Source of the DNA: Chiloscyllium plagiosum
Lineage: Eukaryota
Direction of reading: 5' to 3'
DNA: 60,307 nt
Assembly (NCBI RefSeq): GCF_004010195.1
Contig: NC_057720.1
Coordinates: 10,600,700-10,661,006, forward strand
Each line of letters starts with the position of its first letter. Position 1 is the first letter of the stretch. The notes under the pieces were generated by a model. That model saw only the letters and a program-made list of their open reading frames with translations. It was not told the DNA's origin and did not search any database. The position numbers and the translations under genes were made by a program. Of this stretch, positions 23,342-35,659 are shown piece by piece.

Positions 23342-25180
23342 AGAACATAGAACATAGAACATAGAAGAATACAGCGCAGTTTAGGCCCTTTGGCCCTCGA
23401 TGTTGCACCGATCCAAGCCCACCTAACCTACACTAGCCCACTATCCTCCATATGCCTATCCAATGCCCGTTTAAATGCCCATAAAGAGGGAGAGTCCACC
23501 ACTGCTACTGGCAATGCATTCCATGAACTCACGGCTCGCTGAGTAAAGAACCTACCCCTAACATCTATCCTATACCTACCACCCCTTAATTTAAAGCTAT
23601 GCCCCCTCGTAATAGCTGACTCCGTATGTGGAAAAAGGTTCTCACGGTCAACCCTATCTAAACCCCTAATCATCTTGTACACCTCTATCCAGTCACTCCT
23701 AAACCTTCATTTCTCCAATGAAAATAACCCCAAGTGCCTCAGCCTTTACTCATTCGATCTTCCTATCATACCAGGCAACATTCTGGTAAACCTCCTCTGC
23801 ACCCGTTCCAGTGCCTCCACATCCTTCCTATAGTATGGCGACCAAAACTGCACACAATACTCCAGATGCGGCCGCACCAGAGTCTTATACAACTGCAACA
23901 CGACCTCAGTACTCCGGAACTCAATTCCTCGACCAATAAANNNNNNNNNNNNNNNNNNNNNNNNNNNNNNNNNNNNNNNNNNNNNNNNNNNNNNNNNNNN
24001 NNNNNNNNNNNNNNNNNNNNNNNNNNNNNNNNNNNNNNNNNNNNNNNNNNNNNNNNNNNNNNNNNNNNNNNNNNNNNNNNNNNNNNNNNNNNNNNNNNNN
24101 NNNNNNNNNNNNNNNNNNNNNNNNNNNNNNNNNNNNNNNNNNNNNNNNNNNNNNNNNNNNNNNNNNNNNNNNNNNNNNNNNNNNNNNNNNNNNNNNNNNN
24201 NNNNNNNNNNNNNNNNNNNNNNNNNNNNNNNNNNNNNNNNNNNNNNNNNNNNNNNNNNNNNNNNNNNNNNNNNNNNNNNNNNNNNNNNNNNNNNNNNNNN
24301 NNNNNNNNNNNNNNNNNNNNNNNNNNNNNNNNNNNNNNNNNNNNNNNNNNNNNNNNNNNNNNNNNNNNNNNNNNNNNNNNNNNNNNNNNNNNNNNNNNNN
24401 NNNNNNNNNNNNNNNNNNNNNNNNNNNNNNNNNNNNNNNNNNNNNNNNNNNNNNNNNNNNNNNNNNNNNNNNNNNNNNNNNNNNNNNNNNNNNNNNNNNN
24501 NNNNNNNNNNNNNNNNNNNNNNNNNNNNNNNNNNNNNNNNNNNNNNNNNNNNNNNNNNNNNNNNNNNNNNNNNNNNNNNNNNNNNNNNNNNNNNNNNNNN
24601 NNNNNNNNNNNNNNNNNNNNNNNNNNNNNNNNNNNNNNNNNNNNNNNNNNNNNNNNNNNNNNNNNNNNNTCACATTGATAACAATGTCCTGTTCCTGATT
24701 GAATACTGACGAAAGGTATTCATTCAGTGTCTCCCCAATCTCTTCAGCCTCCATACCTATAGAAAGCCTTAGGGTTTTGCCTAATCCTATCTACTAAGGA
24801 CCTTTCGTGTCCCCTCCTTGCTGCTTTTAGCTCTCTCTTCAGGTCCTTCCTGGCTACCTTATAATTCTCAATCGCCCCAATTGAACCTTCACGTCTCATC
24901 TTTACATAGGCCGCCCTCTTCCCTTTAACAAGGGATTCCAATTCCTTATTAAACCACGGCTCCCTCACCCGACCCTTTCCTCCCTGCCTGACAGGTACAT
25001 ACTTATCAAGGACACTCAATAGTTGCTCCTTGAACAAGCTCCACATATCAATTACGCCCTTGCCTTGAAGCCTACTTTTCCAAGCCACGCATCCTCAGTC
25101 ATGCCTCACCACATCATAATTTCCCTGCCCCCAGCTATAACTCTTGCCCTGCAGTGCACACTTATCCCTCTCCATCACTA
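23342..25180 (-). mobile_element. CR1 LINE (3' end with (AGAACAT)n tail through ORF2 mid-region), spanning a gap
   Basis: YKMIRGLDRVDRENLFP...FFTQRAVSSWNALP; EPWFNKELESLVK...RQNPKAFYRY. Confidence 0.9.
23941..24669. other. Assembly gap (729 N)
   Basis: Run of N. Confidence 1.
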
Positions 25181-25270
25181 TATAATTGCTTAATGTCGAG
25201 TAGTTTGACCAGTTGTATCGCATTTGAGACACTTGACATTTGCCTTTACAACAAGAAAAGGTTAGAGTCT

Positions 25271-25965
25271 AGAACAAAGAACAAAAAACAAAGAAAATTT
25301 ACAGCCCAGGAATAGGCCCTTCAGCCCTTCAAGCCTGAGCCGATCCAAATATACTGTCTAAACCTGTCGGTCAATTACTAAGCATTTGCATCCTTCTGCT
25401 CCCCACCTAATCATGCATCTGTCCAGGCGCATCTTAAATGAATCTACCATGCTTTGCCTCTACCACCTCTGCTGTCAACGCGTTCCAAATGCTCACCACC
25501 CTCTTTGTGAAGTACTTGCCACGTGTATCCCCCTTAAACTTTCCACCTCTCACCTTGAAAGCGTGACCTCTTGTTATTGAATCCTTCACCCTGGGAAAAA
25601 GCTTGTCTCTATCCACCCTGTCTATACCCTTCATGATTTTGTAAACCTCAATCAGGTCCCCCCTCAATCTCCTTTTTTTGAATGAAAATAAACCTAACTT
25701 ACTCAACCTCTCTTCATAGCTAGCACCTTTCATACCAGGCAACATCCTCATAAACCTTCTCTGCACCCTCTCCAAAACGTCCACATCCTTTTGGTAATGT
25801 GGCACCCAGAACTGTACACAATATTCTAAATGCAGCCGAACCAATGTCTTGTACAATGTTAACATGACTTACCAGCTCTTATACTCAATACCCCGTCAAT
25901 GAAGGCAAGCATACGATATGCCTTCCTGACCACTATCCATCTGTGCAGCAACCTTCAGGGTACAA
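25271..25965 (-). mobile_element. Young CR1 3' fragment
   Basis: ORF 25434-25865 LYKTLVRLHLEYCVQFWVPHYQKDVDVLERVQRRF...; same subfamily as 866-1265. Confidence 0.92.
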
Positions 25966-26589
25966 TGGTCTAGTTTACGTTCTTAAAATATTTTTGAGGG
26001 AGTCTGTTCTGACGTATCATAAACTGGGGACTTTTGTCTTGATCAAAATCGATAATTCCCAAGTTGGGTTTAGGATTATTGGACTCGAAAGGCTGCACGT
26101 GGTTATGGTTGGTGTCTTTCATTTTAAGGTATTGAATTTGGCGGATTGAAACAAGGAGTGCCTTTTGTAGTAATGGCTCTTTCACTCACTAAGAGTTTTC
26201 TGGGGGTGGTAGAAGTGACTTTAGGAGTTTTACACAAAGTGAGCAAGGCAAAGCTGTTGGAATTGACAAACAAGCTGGAGTTCGGGTTGCCCCAGTCCGT
26301 GCGAATATTGGAGGGAATTGCAGCAATAGCTCGACACTTAGAATTTTCGGAAATGCCAGCAGAATCTTTGGAAATGGCTAAAATTCAATTGCAAATAAAA
26401 CAGCTTGAATTAGAGGCAAGAGCAAAGGGAAGAATAGCCCTGACAGAACAAAAAGAAAGAGGTAAGGAAACAAAACAATTTTAATTGCAATTAAAAGCAG
26501 AGGAAAAAGAGGAGACAAAGGCCCAAGTAGTAGAAAGAGAAGCAGAAAGAGTTTGAACTTCAGAAGTTGGCAATTAAAAACATTTATAC

Positions 26590-27095
26590 TCTATTTCCTT
26601 TGAAATAGAGGCCAACTTTCTATTTGTGTTCCCTTTACCTTCTCAACTTAGATGTGAGCCTTTGTGCTTCATGGATGAAGATTTCAAATCCCTCTGTTCT
26701 GAGGCTTTCTGCAGTCTTTCTTCATTTTAAGAATATTTAACTCCACTATCCTTCCTGCCAAAGTGCATCACTTCACATTTTCCCACTTTATACACTCAGT
26801 TTTTGTCCATTCACTTAACCTGACTGTATCACTCTGCAGACTCTCCGTCATTCCCACCACTCACCTTCCCACCTATACTTTTGTGTCAGTCACAAACTGG
26901 GTGGTAGTACATTCACCTTCCTCATCCAGATCATCAATATCTATTGTGAACCATTGTGGCAACAACATGGACTCTTGTAGCACACCACTCATTACGGGTT
27001 GCCAACCTCAAAATGTACCCCTTCTGCCAACTTCATCTTTTCAAGCAAACCCTCTATCCATGCCAATGTACTATCTCCAACACCATGACCTTACC
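26590..27095 (-). mobile_element. Old CR1 RT remnant
   Basis: Reverse strand gives degenerate SGVLQ.S.L.P..F.I.IDDLDE and KCEVMHFG motifs (TCCTGCCAAAGTGCATCACTTCACATTT). Confidence 0.7.
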
Positions 27096-27282
27096 TGGTG
27101 TGGGCTGTGGGTGACTGGTTTGAACATGCGGAGACAGGACTGTGGGAATCCTGGAGAAAGCACCAAGTGAGTTCAGTCAGTGCATAAACACATGAAATAA
27201 TTACATTATATTTATCAGTTTGACACTTCATCAGGAAGTCTTATTGTCAAATGTTTTCTTTTTCTGCTATAGAAACAGAAAA

Positions 27283-27600
27283 AAACTGCGGATGCTGTAA
27301 ATCAGAAACAAAAACAGAAATTGCTGGAAAAATTCAGTAGGTCTGGCAGCATCTGTGGAGAGAAATCAGAGTTAATGTTTCAGAACCAGTGACCCATCTA
27401 TTCCAACCTGATATTCTCAATTAATCTAGTACCATTTGCAAGCATTTGGCCCATGTCCCCGTAAACCCTTCCCATTTATGTACCCATTCAGATGTCTTTC
27501 AAGTGTTATAACTGTACTGAGGAAGGGTCATGCGACCTGAAATGTTAAATCTAATTTCTCTCTGCAGATGCTGTTATACATGCTGAGGTTTTCCTATAAA
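27283..27600. mobile_element. Fold-back PLE terminal module (family C) with hammerhead at 27517-27546, centre interrupted by a CR1 fragment
   Basis: CAGCATCTGTGGAGAGAAATCAGAGTTAATGTTTCAG..TGACCC is inverted relative to GGGTCA..CTGAAATGTTAAATCTAATTTCTCTCTGCAGATGCTG; core CTGAGGA-AGGGTC ATGC GACCT-GAAA-TGTT. Confidence 0.6.
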
Positions 27601-27842
27601 ATAATATTCTGTCTTTATGCAGTGAAAAATTTTTTGGTATATTTTAAGATGTCTTTGATGTACACCAAATCTTATTATAGCCATTCAATTAAGACATGTA
27701 AACCACAGGCTCTTCGTCCTTTTATGTATCAACTTTCTTCCTGCCATCACTTTATGTTACATTGTGAAATGATGATCTAAAAGAGCAATCTTTCATGACT
27801 GGCCAGGTTTAAAGTCAGAAGTCACATGACACCAGATTATAG

Positions 27843-30530
27843 AGTCGAAACGTGTGGCGCTGGGGGCAAGCAGCATCCGAGGAGCAGGAGAGTTGACATT
27901 TTGGACATAAGCCCTTCATCAGGAATGTTGGGGAAGCCAGGCTGAGTGATAAATAGGAGGATGGGCGTGGGGCTGGGGGAAGGTAGCTGGGAAGGTGGGT
28001 GCAGGAGAGGTTGATAGGTCGGTGGGGAGGGCGGAGCAGTAAGGTGGGAAGGAAGATGGACATATGGGGCAGGTCAAGAGTTGGAGGGTTGGATCTAGGA
28101 GGATGTGGGAGATGGGGAAATTCAGAAGCTGGGAAAAATGATGTTGATGTCATGTGATTGAAGGGTTCCAAGGCAGAAGAAAAAGCGTTCTTCCTCTCGT
28201 CATATGGTGGCTGGATTTGGCAGTGGAGGAGGCCCAGGACTTGCATGTCTTTGGTGGAGTAGGAGGGGGAGTTGAAGTGGTCAGCCACAGGCAGTGGGGT
28301 TGTTGGGTACATGTGTCCCAGACAAGTTCCCTGAAATGTTCCGCGAGTTGGCTTTCTGCGTCGCTGAAGTAGAGGAGACTACATCGAGAGCAATGGACAC
28401 AGTAGGTGAGGTGTTTGGTTGTGCAGGAAAATTTCTGCTGGATGTGAACGGATCCTTTGGGGCCTTGGATCCAGGTGAGGGGGGAGGTGTGGCTGCAGGT
28501 TTTACACCTCTTGCAGCAGCAAGAGAAGGAGCCGGGAGTGGAGGGTGGATTGGTGGGGTCATGGATATAATGAGGCACACATGATGGGAATGGTCTCTGT
28601 GGAACGCAGATAGGGGTGGGAAAGGAAAAACATCTCTGATGGTGGGGTCTGAATATAGGTGGCGGAAATGGCGGAGGATGATGCGATGTATCTGCATATT
28701 AATGGGGTGGAAGGTGAGGACGGGGTGGGGGTTTCTAACCTTGTTGCAGTTGGAGGGATGGCATTCAAGGGTGGAGGTGCAAGAAGTGAAGGAGATGCTT
28801 TGGAGGGCACTGTTGATCATGTGGGAGGGGAAATTGCGATCCTGAAAATAGGAGGCCATCTGGGATGTCCTGAAGTGGAATTGCTCCTCCTGGGGGCAAA
28901 TATAGCTGGGATGGAGAAATTGGGAGATCGAGATTGTGTTTTTATGGGGATGGGAATGGGGGTGGTGGTTGCAAAGAGGTGTATTCCAGGTAGCTATGGG
29001 AGTCGATGCGTTTGAAATAGATGTCTGTGTTGAGTCCGTTACCACAGATGGAGACGGAGAGATCCAGGAAGTGGAAGGAGGTGTCCGAGCTGGTCCAGGT
29101 GAACTTAAAGTCAGGGTAGAAGGTGTTAGTGAGGTTGATAAACTGTTCCACCACCTAGTGGGAGCACGAGATGGCGCTGATACAGTCACCAATATCGCGG
29201 GGGAAAAGGTGGGGGATGGTACCAGTGTAACTGCAGAAGATGGACTGTTCCACGTCTCCTCCGAAGAGGCAGTCATAGCTGGGACCCATGCGGGTATTCA
29301 CACGTTACCCCTTTGGTCTGAAGGAAGTGGGAGAATTGGAAGCAGAAGTTGTTGAGAGTCAGGGCCAGTTCTGCGAATCGAATGAGTGTGTTAGTGGAGG
29401 GGCACTGGTTGGGTCAGCAGCAGAGGAAAAATGGAGGACTTGGAGGCCTTCGCCATGGTGGATGGACATGTAGAGGGACTGGATGTCCATGATGAAGACG
29501 AGGTATAGGGACGGGCAAACGAAACTCATGCAGGAAGTGGAGGGAGTGGGTGGTGTTCCAAATGTATGTGTGGACTAAGAGGAACAGGGTGATGTCAAGA
29601 TATGAGGAGATAAGTTCGGTGGGGCTGGAGCAGGCAGAGACAATATGTCGACCGAGGCAGTCAGGTTTATAAATTTTGGGTAAGAGATAGTGCAGGGTTG
29701 CAGAATAATGAGGTTCACGGCTGTGGATGGAAAATCCCCTCAGGCAATGACACTGTGGATGGTCTGGGAGGCAAGGTCATGGTCGAGGGGGCAGTAGGAG
29801 GAGGTATCCGTGAGTTGGCACCTGGCTTCAGCAGTGTAGGGATCGGTGCCCCAAACTACCACTGCGCACCCCCTTGTCCACTGGTTTAATGGTGAGGTTG
29901 GGGTTGGAGTGGAGGGAGTGGAGCGCTGTGCTTTGTGAAGGTGAGAGGGGTGGAAGAGTAGGTGAGAGGCGGTCAGTGCCATAGTGGCAGTTGGAGATGA
30001 AGAGATCGAGGGCAGGTAAGAGACCAGGATGGGATATCCAAGAGGATGGAGTATGTTTAAGGCAGGAGAAGGGTTCTCTGAGAGCAGGGGGAGTGGGAGC
30101 CATGATTGAAAGCATGAAAGCAGCAGAAGAAAAGTGCAATGTTGCAACGCAAATGAAATTCGTTGATCCAGGAGTGTAGTGCTATGAAGGTGAAACTTTT
30201 ACTGTGGAGTGATCGTTTATCCTCAGTGAGGGGGAGATCTGGGGGAATGGTAAAAACCTGGCAAGACTGGGGGCTGGGGCCTGGTGTAGATCTGGAGTTG
30301 GGAGTTGGGGTGGAGACTGTCTCTGGAGTGGGGGTGGTGGTCATGTGATCATTGGTGACATCACCAGAGGAAGTGATGTAAATGGCGGCGGTTGGGGGCG
30401 TGTGTGGAAGCAGTGCTTTCGGTGATATCCTCGGGGGTGGAAGTGACATTCTGGGTGATGTTTGCGGTGTCTTCAGCGGCAGCTGTGGAGGCGACATGGT
30501 CAGCAGAGCTTCGGTGAGTATGTTCGGACG
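27843..30530 (-). mobile_element. Long Neptune-type PLE (N-terminal region, RT, Cys-linker, GIY-YIG, terminal module), frameshifted
   Basis: LTIKPVDKGVRSG, FINLTNTFYPDFKFTW, CCCKRCKTC, LTYCVHCSRCSLLYF..LAEHFRE; hammerhead remnant on the minus strand at ~27895-27923. Confidence 0.9.
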
Positions 30531-33455
30531 TGGCACTGTGGCTCAGCGGTTAGGACTGCTGCCTCACAGTGTCAGGGATCCACGTTCGATTCCAGCCTTA
30601 GGTGACTGTCTGTTTGGAGTTTGCACATTCTCCCTGTGTCTGTGTGGATTCCCCCCAGGAGCTCTGGTTTCCTCCCATAATCCAAAGGTAAGAGATGGAT
30701 GATCACTTTATTGGGATTGTATTATAGACTCCCAATACTCTGTGGGAAATTGAGAATAGGTTTCGTAAGGAGATTTCAGTTATCTGTATGAATACTAAGG
30801 TGGTTATGGTAGGGGATTTTAACTTTGCAAATATAGACTGGGAGTGCCATAGTGTTAAGGGTTTAGATGGAGTGGACTTTGGGGCCAGCGATGATAATTC
30901 TATTAGTTTTAAAATAGTGACGGAAAAGGATAGACTAAGTCTAAAAGTTGAAGTTCTAAATTGGATGAGGCTTACCTTGATGGTATTAGGCAAGCATTTC
31001 AAAAGCTAACTGGGGACAGATTTTCGCAGGTAAAGGAACTGCTGGAAAATTAGAAGATTTTCAGAAATGAGATAAAGAGACAGTATATTCCCGTTAGAGT
31101 GAAATGAAAGGCTGGCAGGTGCAGGGAACGTTGGATAACTAAAGAAATTGAGGGTTTGGTTCAGGAAAAAAAGGAAGCATATGTCAGCTGTCGACGGGAT
31201 AGATCGAATGAATCCTTAGAAAAGTATAAAGGCAGCCAGAGTATAATTAAGAGGGAAATCAGGAGGGCAAAAAGGCGACGAGATAGTTTTGGCAAATAGG
31301 GTTAAGGAGAGTCCAAAGGGTTTTTACAAATACATTAAGGACAAAAGGGTGACTAGGGAGAGAACAGGACTCCTCAAAGTACAGCAAGGCAGCCTTTGTA
31401 TGGAGCTGCAGGAGATGGGGTAATACTAAATAAGTATTTTGCATCAGTTTTTACTGTGGGGAAGGACATGGAAGACATCGAACGAAGAGAAATAGATGGT
31501 GACACCTTGCATATTACAGAGGAGGAAGTGCTGGGTGTCTTGAAATGCTTAAAGGTGGATAAATCCCCAGGACCTAATCAAGTGTACCTTAGAACTCTGT
31601 GGGAAGCTAGCAAAGTGATTGCTGGGCACCTTGCTGAGATAATTGTCTCATCAATTGTCACAGGTAAAGTGCTGGAAGACTGAAGGTTAGCTAACGTGGT
31701 GCCACTATTTAAGAAAGGTGGTAAGGTAAAGCCAGGAAACTATAGACCAGTGAGCCTGACGTCAGTGGTGGACAAGCCATTGGCGTGAATCTGACGGACA
31801 GGATTTACACGTATTTGGAAAGGCAAGGACTGATTAGGGATAATCAACATGGCTTTTTGCATGGGAAATCATGTCTCAGGAATTGATTGAGTTTTTTGAA
31901 GAAGTAACAAAGAGGATTGATGAGAACAGGACACTGGACGTGCTCTATATTGACATCAGTAAGGCATTCGACAAGGTTCCCCATGGGAGACTGGTTAGCA
32001 AGCTTAGATCTCACCGAATACAGGGAGAACCAGCTACTTGTTGTGCAATACAGACAGAACCCACCCCCCCCCCCCCCCCCCCCTTATTCTCACCTTCCAC
32101 CCCACTAATCTCTGGATACAGCACATTATCCTCCGCCATTTCTGCCACTTACAGCCAGACCCACCACCAGAGACGTAGTTCCCTCTCCACCCCTATCTTA
32201 ATTCCACAGAGACCATTTCCTCGAAGGTGAAAGGCAGAGGGCAGTGCTGGAGAGTTGTTTTTCAGTCTGGACGCCTGTGAGCAGTGAAGTGCCACAAGGT
32301 TCAGTACTGGGTCCACTACTTTGCGTCATTTACATAAATTATTTGGATATGAACATAGGAAATATATTTAGTAAGTTTGCAAATGACACTAAATTGGAGG
32401 TGTAGTGGACAGAGAAGACGGTTCCCTCAGATTACAACTGGATCTTGATCAGATGGGCCAATGAGTTGAGAGGTGGCAGATGGAGTTTAGTTTAGATAAA
32501 TGTGAGGTGTTGCATTTTGGGAAAGCAAATCTTAGCAAGACTTAAACATTTAATAATAAGTTCCTGGGGAGTGTTGCTGGACAAAGAGACTTTGGAGTGC
32601 ATGTTCATAGCTCCTTGAAAGTGGAGTCGCAGATAAATAGGAGAGTGAAGAAGGCATTTGGTATGCTTTCCTTTATTGATCAGAGTATTGAGTACAGGAG
32701 ATGGGAGGTCATGTTGCAGCTGTACAGGACATTGTTCAGGCCACGTTTGCAATATTGCATGCAATTGTAGGCTCCTTCCTATTGGAACGATGTTGTGAAA
32801 CTTGAAAGGGTTCAGAAAAGACTTTGACAGGGTTGGAGGATTTGAGCTACAGGGAGAAGTTGAATACGCTGGGGCTGTTTTCCCTGGAGTGTCGGATGCT
32901 GAGGTGTGACCTATAAAATCATGAGGGGCAAGGATAGGGTAAATAGACAAAGTATTTTCCATGGGGTGGAGGAGTCCAGAACCACAGGGCAGAGGTTTAG
33001 GGTGAGAGGGGAAAGATATAAAAGGAACCTAAGAGGCAACTTTTTCACACAGAGGGTGATGCGTGTGTGGAATGAGCTGCCAGAGGAAGTGGTGGAGGCT
33101 GGTTCAATTGAAATGCACCTGGGTTGGTATTTAAAATAGGAAGGATTGGGAGGGATATGGGCCAGGTGCTGGCAAGTAGGACTAGTTTAGGTTGGGATAT
33201 CTAATCGGCATGGACGGAATGGACCGAAGGGTTTGTTTCCATGCTGTACATCTCTCTGACTCAGTGTGCATTTTAGGTGAATTGGCCATGCTAAGTTGCC
33301 CATAGTGTTCAGGGATGTGTAGGTTAGGTGTATTACTCAGGGGTAAATGTGGAGTAACAGGATGGGGGTAAAGGCCTCGGTGGTCACTCTTCAGAGGGTT
33401 GGTGTTGACTTGTTGGGCCAAAGGGCCTGTTTCCATACTGTAGAGATTCCGATGG
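30531..33455 (+). mobile_element. HE1 V-SINE (30531-30690 + 33262-33455) split by a CR1 ORF2 insertion (30691-33261) that itself holds a PLE scrap (~32033-32225)
   Basis: SINE head GGCACTGTGGCTCAGCGGTTAGG and tail TTGGGCCAAAGGGCCTGTTTCC; CR1 motifs VMVGDFNFANIDW, KSPGPNQVY, YIDISKAFDKVPHGRL, FFTQRVMRVWNELP. Confidence 0.88.
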
Positions 33456-34525
33456 ATTCATTCAGTGGCAGCCACATGGGCGGATGTAACTCTTGTAGTA
33501 GTTTGACCCACAGACCTCTCCACCGCTGGAGCCAGGTGTCAACTCCCTCAGCTACCTGGACTACTCCACCTCCCACCACTTCTCCTGTGGCAACACGATC
33601 CCTTACTCCCAATTCCTCTGACTCAGCTGTATCTACTCCCAGAAGGAGCAATTCCACACCAGGACATCTTAGATGGCCTCCGATTTCCAGGACCTCAATT
33701 TCCCCTCCCACGTGATCAACAATGCCCTGCAGTTCCTCTCCTCCACTTCCTACACCTTTGCCCTTGAACCCCACTCCTCCAACTATTACACAGACAGAAC
33801 CCCCCCCAGTCCTCACCTTCCACCCCACTAATCTTCAGATACAGCGCATCGTCCTCCGCCATGTCTGCCACATACAGTCAGACTCCACCACCAGAGACGT
33901 ATGTCCCTCTCCACCCCTATCTTAATTCCACAGACACCATTTCCTCTGTGACCTCCTCATTATGTCCACACCCCACACCAACCCACCCTCCACACCCAAC
34001 ACCTTCATTGCTGTCGCAAGAGGTGTAAAACCTGCACCAATGGCATGCAGTCCTGGGCCTCCTTCATCATGAAATCCAAGTCACTTGATGTCTGGAGGAA
34101 GAACGCCTCATCTTCTGCCTCGGGACACTTCAACCACATGACATCAATGTCGACTTCATGACTTTCCAAATTTTCCCTCCCCCCACCTCATCCGAGATCC
34201 AACCTTTCAACTCAGCACCACCTTCTTGGCCTGTCCTACCTGTCCATCTTCCTTCACAACTATCTGCTCCATTCTCCCCACCGACCTATCACAACCACCT
34301 CCCACTTGCATCCACCTATCACTTTCCCAGCTACCTTTCCCCCCCAGCCCCACTCCCACCCTCTTATTTATATCTCAGTCCCCATCACCTCCGATATTCC
34401 GAAAGGGCTTATATCCGAAACGTCAACTCTTCTGCTCCTTGGATGCTGCCTGACCTGCTGTGCTTTTCCAGCACCATACTTTTTGACTCTGACTCTCCAG
34501 CATCTTCATTCCTTACTTTCTCTCA
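33456..34525 (+). mobile_element. Neptune-type PLE 3' part, plus arm of 6.7-kb fold-back insertion
   Basis: PVLTFHPTNLQIQRIVLRH; terminal module with full tail ending ...CTTACTTTCTCTCA; 15-bp TSD GACACCAGATTATAG at 27828-27842 and 34526-34540. Confidence 0.88.
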
Positions 34526-34540
34526 GACACCAGATTATAG

Positions 34541-34705
34541 TCCAACAGGTTTATTTGAAATCACAAGCTTTCAAAGCAAAACCCTTTCATCAGCTCCACT
34601 GCGCAAGTTTGTGATTTCAAATAAATCCCTTGTACCATAACCTGGTGTCATGTGACCTCTGACTCTGTCCACCCCAATTCAACATTGGCGCCTCTTCACC
34701 ATGTC
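34541..34705. mobile_element. Small fold-back PLE-derived element (family D; left end at 27812-27842) with hammerhead at 34562-34593 (minus)
   Basis: TTTATTTGAAATCACAAGCTT / AAGTTTGTGATTTCAAATAAA inverted arms; GTCAGAAGTCACATGACACCAG / CTGGTGTCATGTGACCTCTGAC; core CTGATGA-AAGGGTTTTGCTTT-GAAAG-CTT. Confidence 0.65.
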
Positions 34706-35659
34706 CAAGGTTAGAGTTACAAGCCCCATCTAGATCTGACTGTTTTGGTTGTGGATTGTCTACTGACCTCTCCCTTGGTTAGAGTTAGGTGTTTCAATAC
34801 GTCATTTTCACTGCACATGTACATCAAGTACATTTCTGAAAGAAAACACATCTTGTTGAAGTTAGTGGACATTTACAAGCCTGCAAAAGGGAACAACATT
34901 TTATAATGTATGAGAACAGATTGCTGGTTAGTTGGCAACAGCAGAGGCATTGCATGGAGAATGCACCAGTTAGATGATGATTGCAAGTTAACGGCCAAGC
35001 TTTGTTTACATGTCAGTGAGGCAGATTGTCTCTAATTGGTCAAGGCATTGCCCTGATGAACACCCTCGAGAATGGCTGTCACCTATTTTGTAAAGTTGAT
35101 GAAAGCATAATATGCATGCATGATCTTTGTCACTTGCAGTGGTGTTCCACAGGATTAATGTTGGGATTGTTGCAGCTAATGATCTTATCGAGATGTGCAT
35201 ATTGTGGAGGTATGATCTGCACATTTCCGTACAATTCCAAGTTAACTGCAAGAGAGAGGACAGTAGACAATCCATAGCTAAAACAGTCAGATCTAGATAG
35301 GGCTTGTGACTGGCCAATGATGTGTAACTTACAAAAGGACAAATTGACGTGGGTAAACTGAATGGCCGATATGCAAAAATATAGCTTCAAGGAAAAGTAC
35401 GAACACCCTGTAGAAAATGAACATAATATGGACATTCAAGTGTGTAGCTCTTGGAAGAAATAAGACATGAATTTATGTTTAATGTTTCACAACCCAAGGC
35501 CTTGCCAAAGTCATTCACAACCAATAAAGTGTACATTTATTTAAAACAATGCGGTCACGATTGTAATGGCAGAAATGTGGCCCAATATTGCTCAAACTTG
35601 ATAATGATGAGGTAGTCTGCGGGCTAACGGCTAAATAATGGTCAGAACATCAGAGAAAA

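Larger units (their letters stand above)
22859..26580 (+). mobile_element. Gypsy-type (Gmr1-like) LTR retrotransposon 5' remnant: LTR pieces 22859-23341, 25181-25270, ~25966-26024; degenerate PBS; gag N-terminus
   Basis: LTR end TCATAAA followed by TGGGGACTTTTGTCTTGAT (decayed tRNA-Pro PBS TGGGGGCTCGTCCGGGAT). From 26173: MALSLTKSFLGVVEVTLGVLHKVSKAKLLELTNKLE...IARHLEF then an E/K/R-rich coiled coil. LTR split by two CR1 inserts. Confidence 0.65.

Noticed and set aside
21708..24754. Long ORFs (186-314 aa) in the ORF track
   Set aside because: Artefacts of reading through N-gaps; the flanks are CR1.
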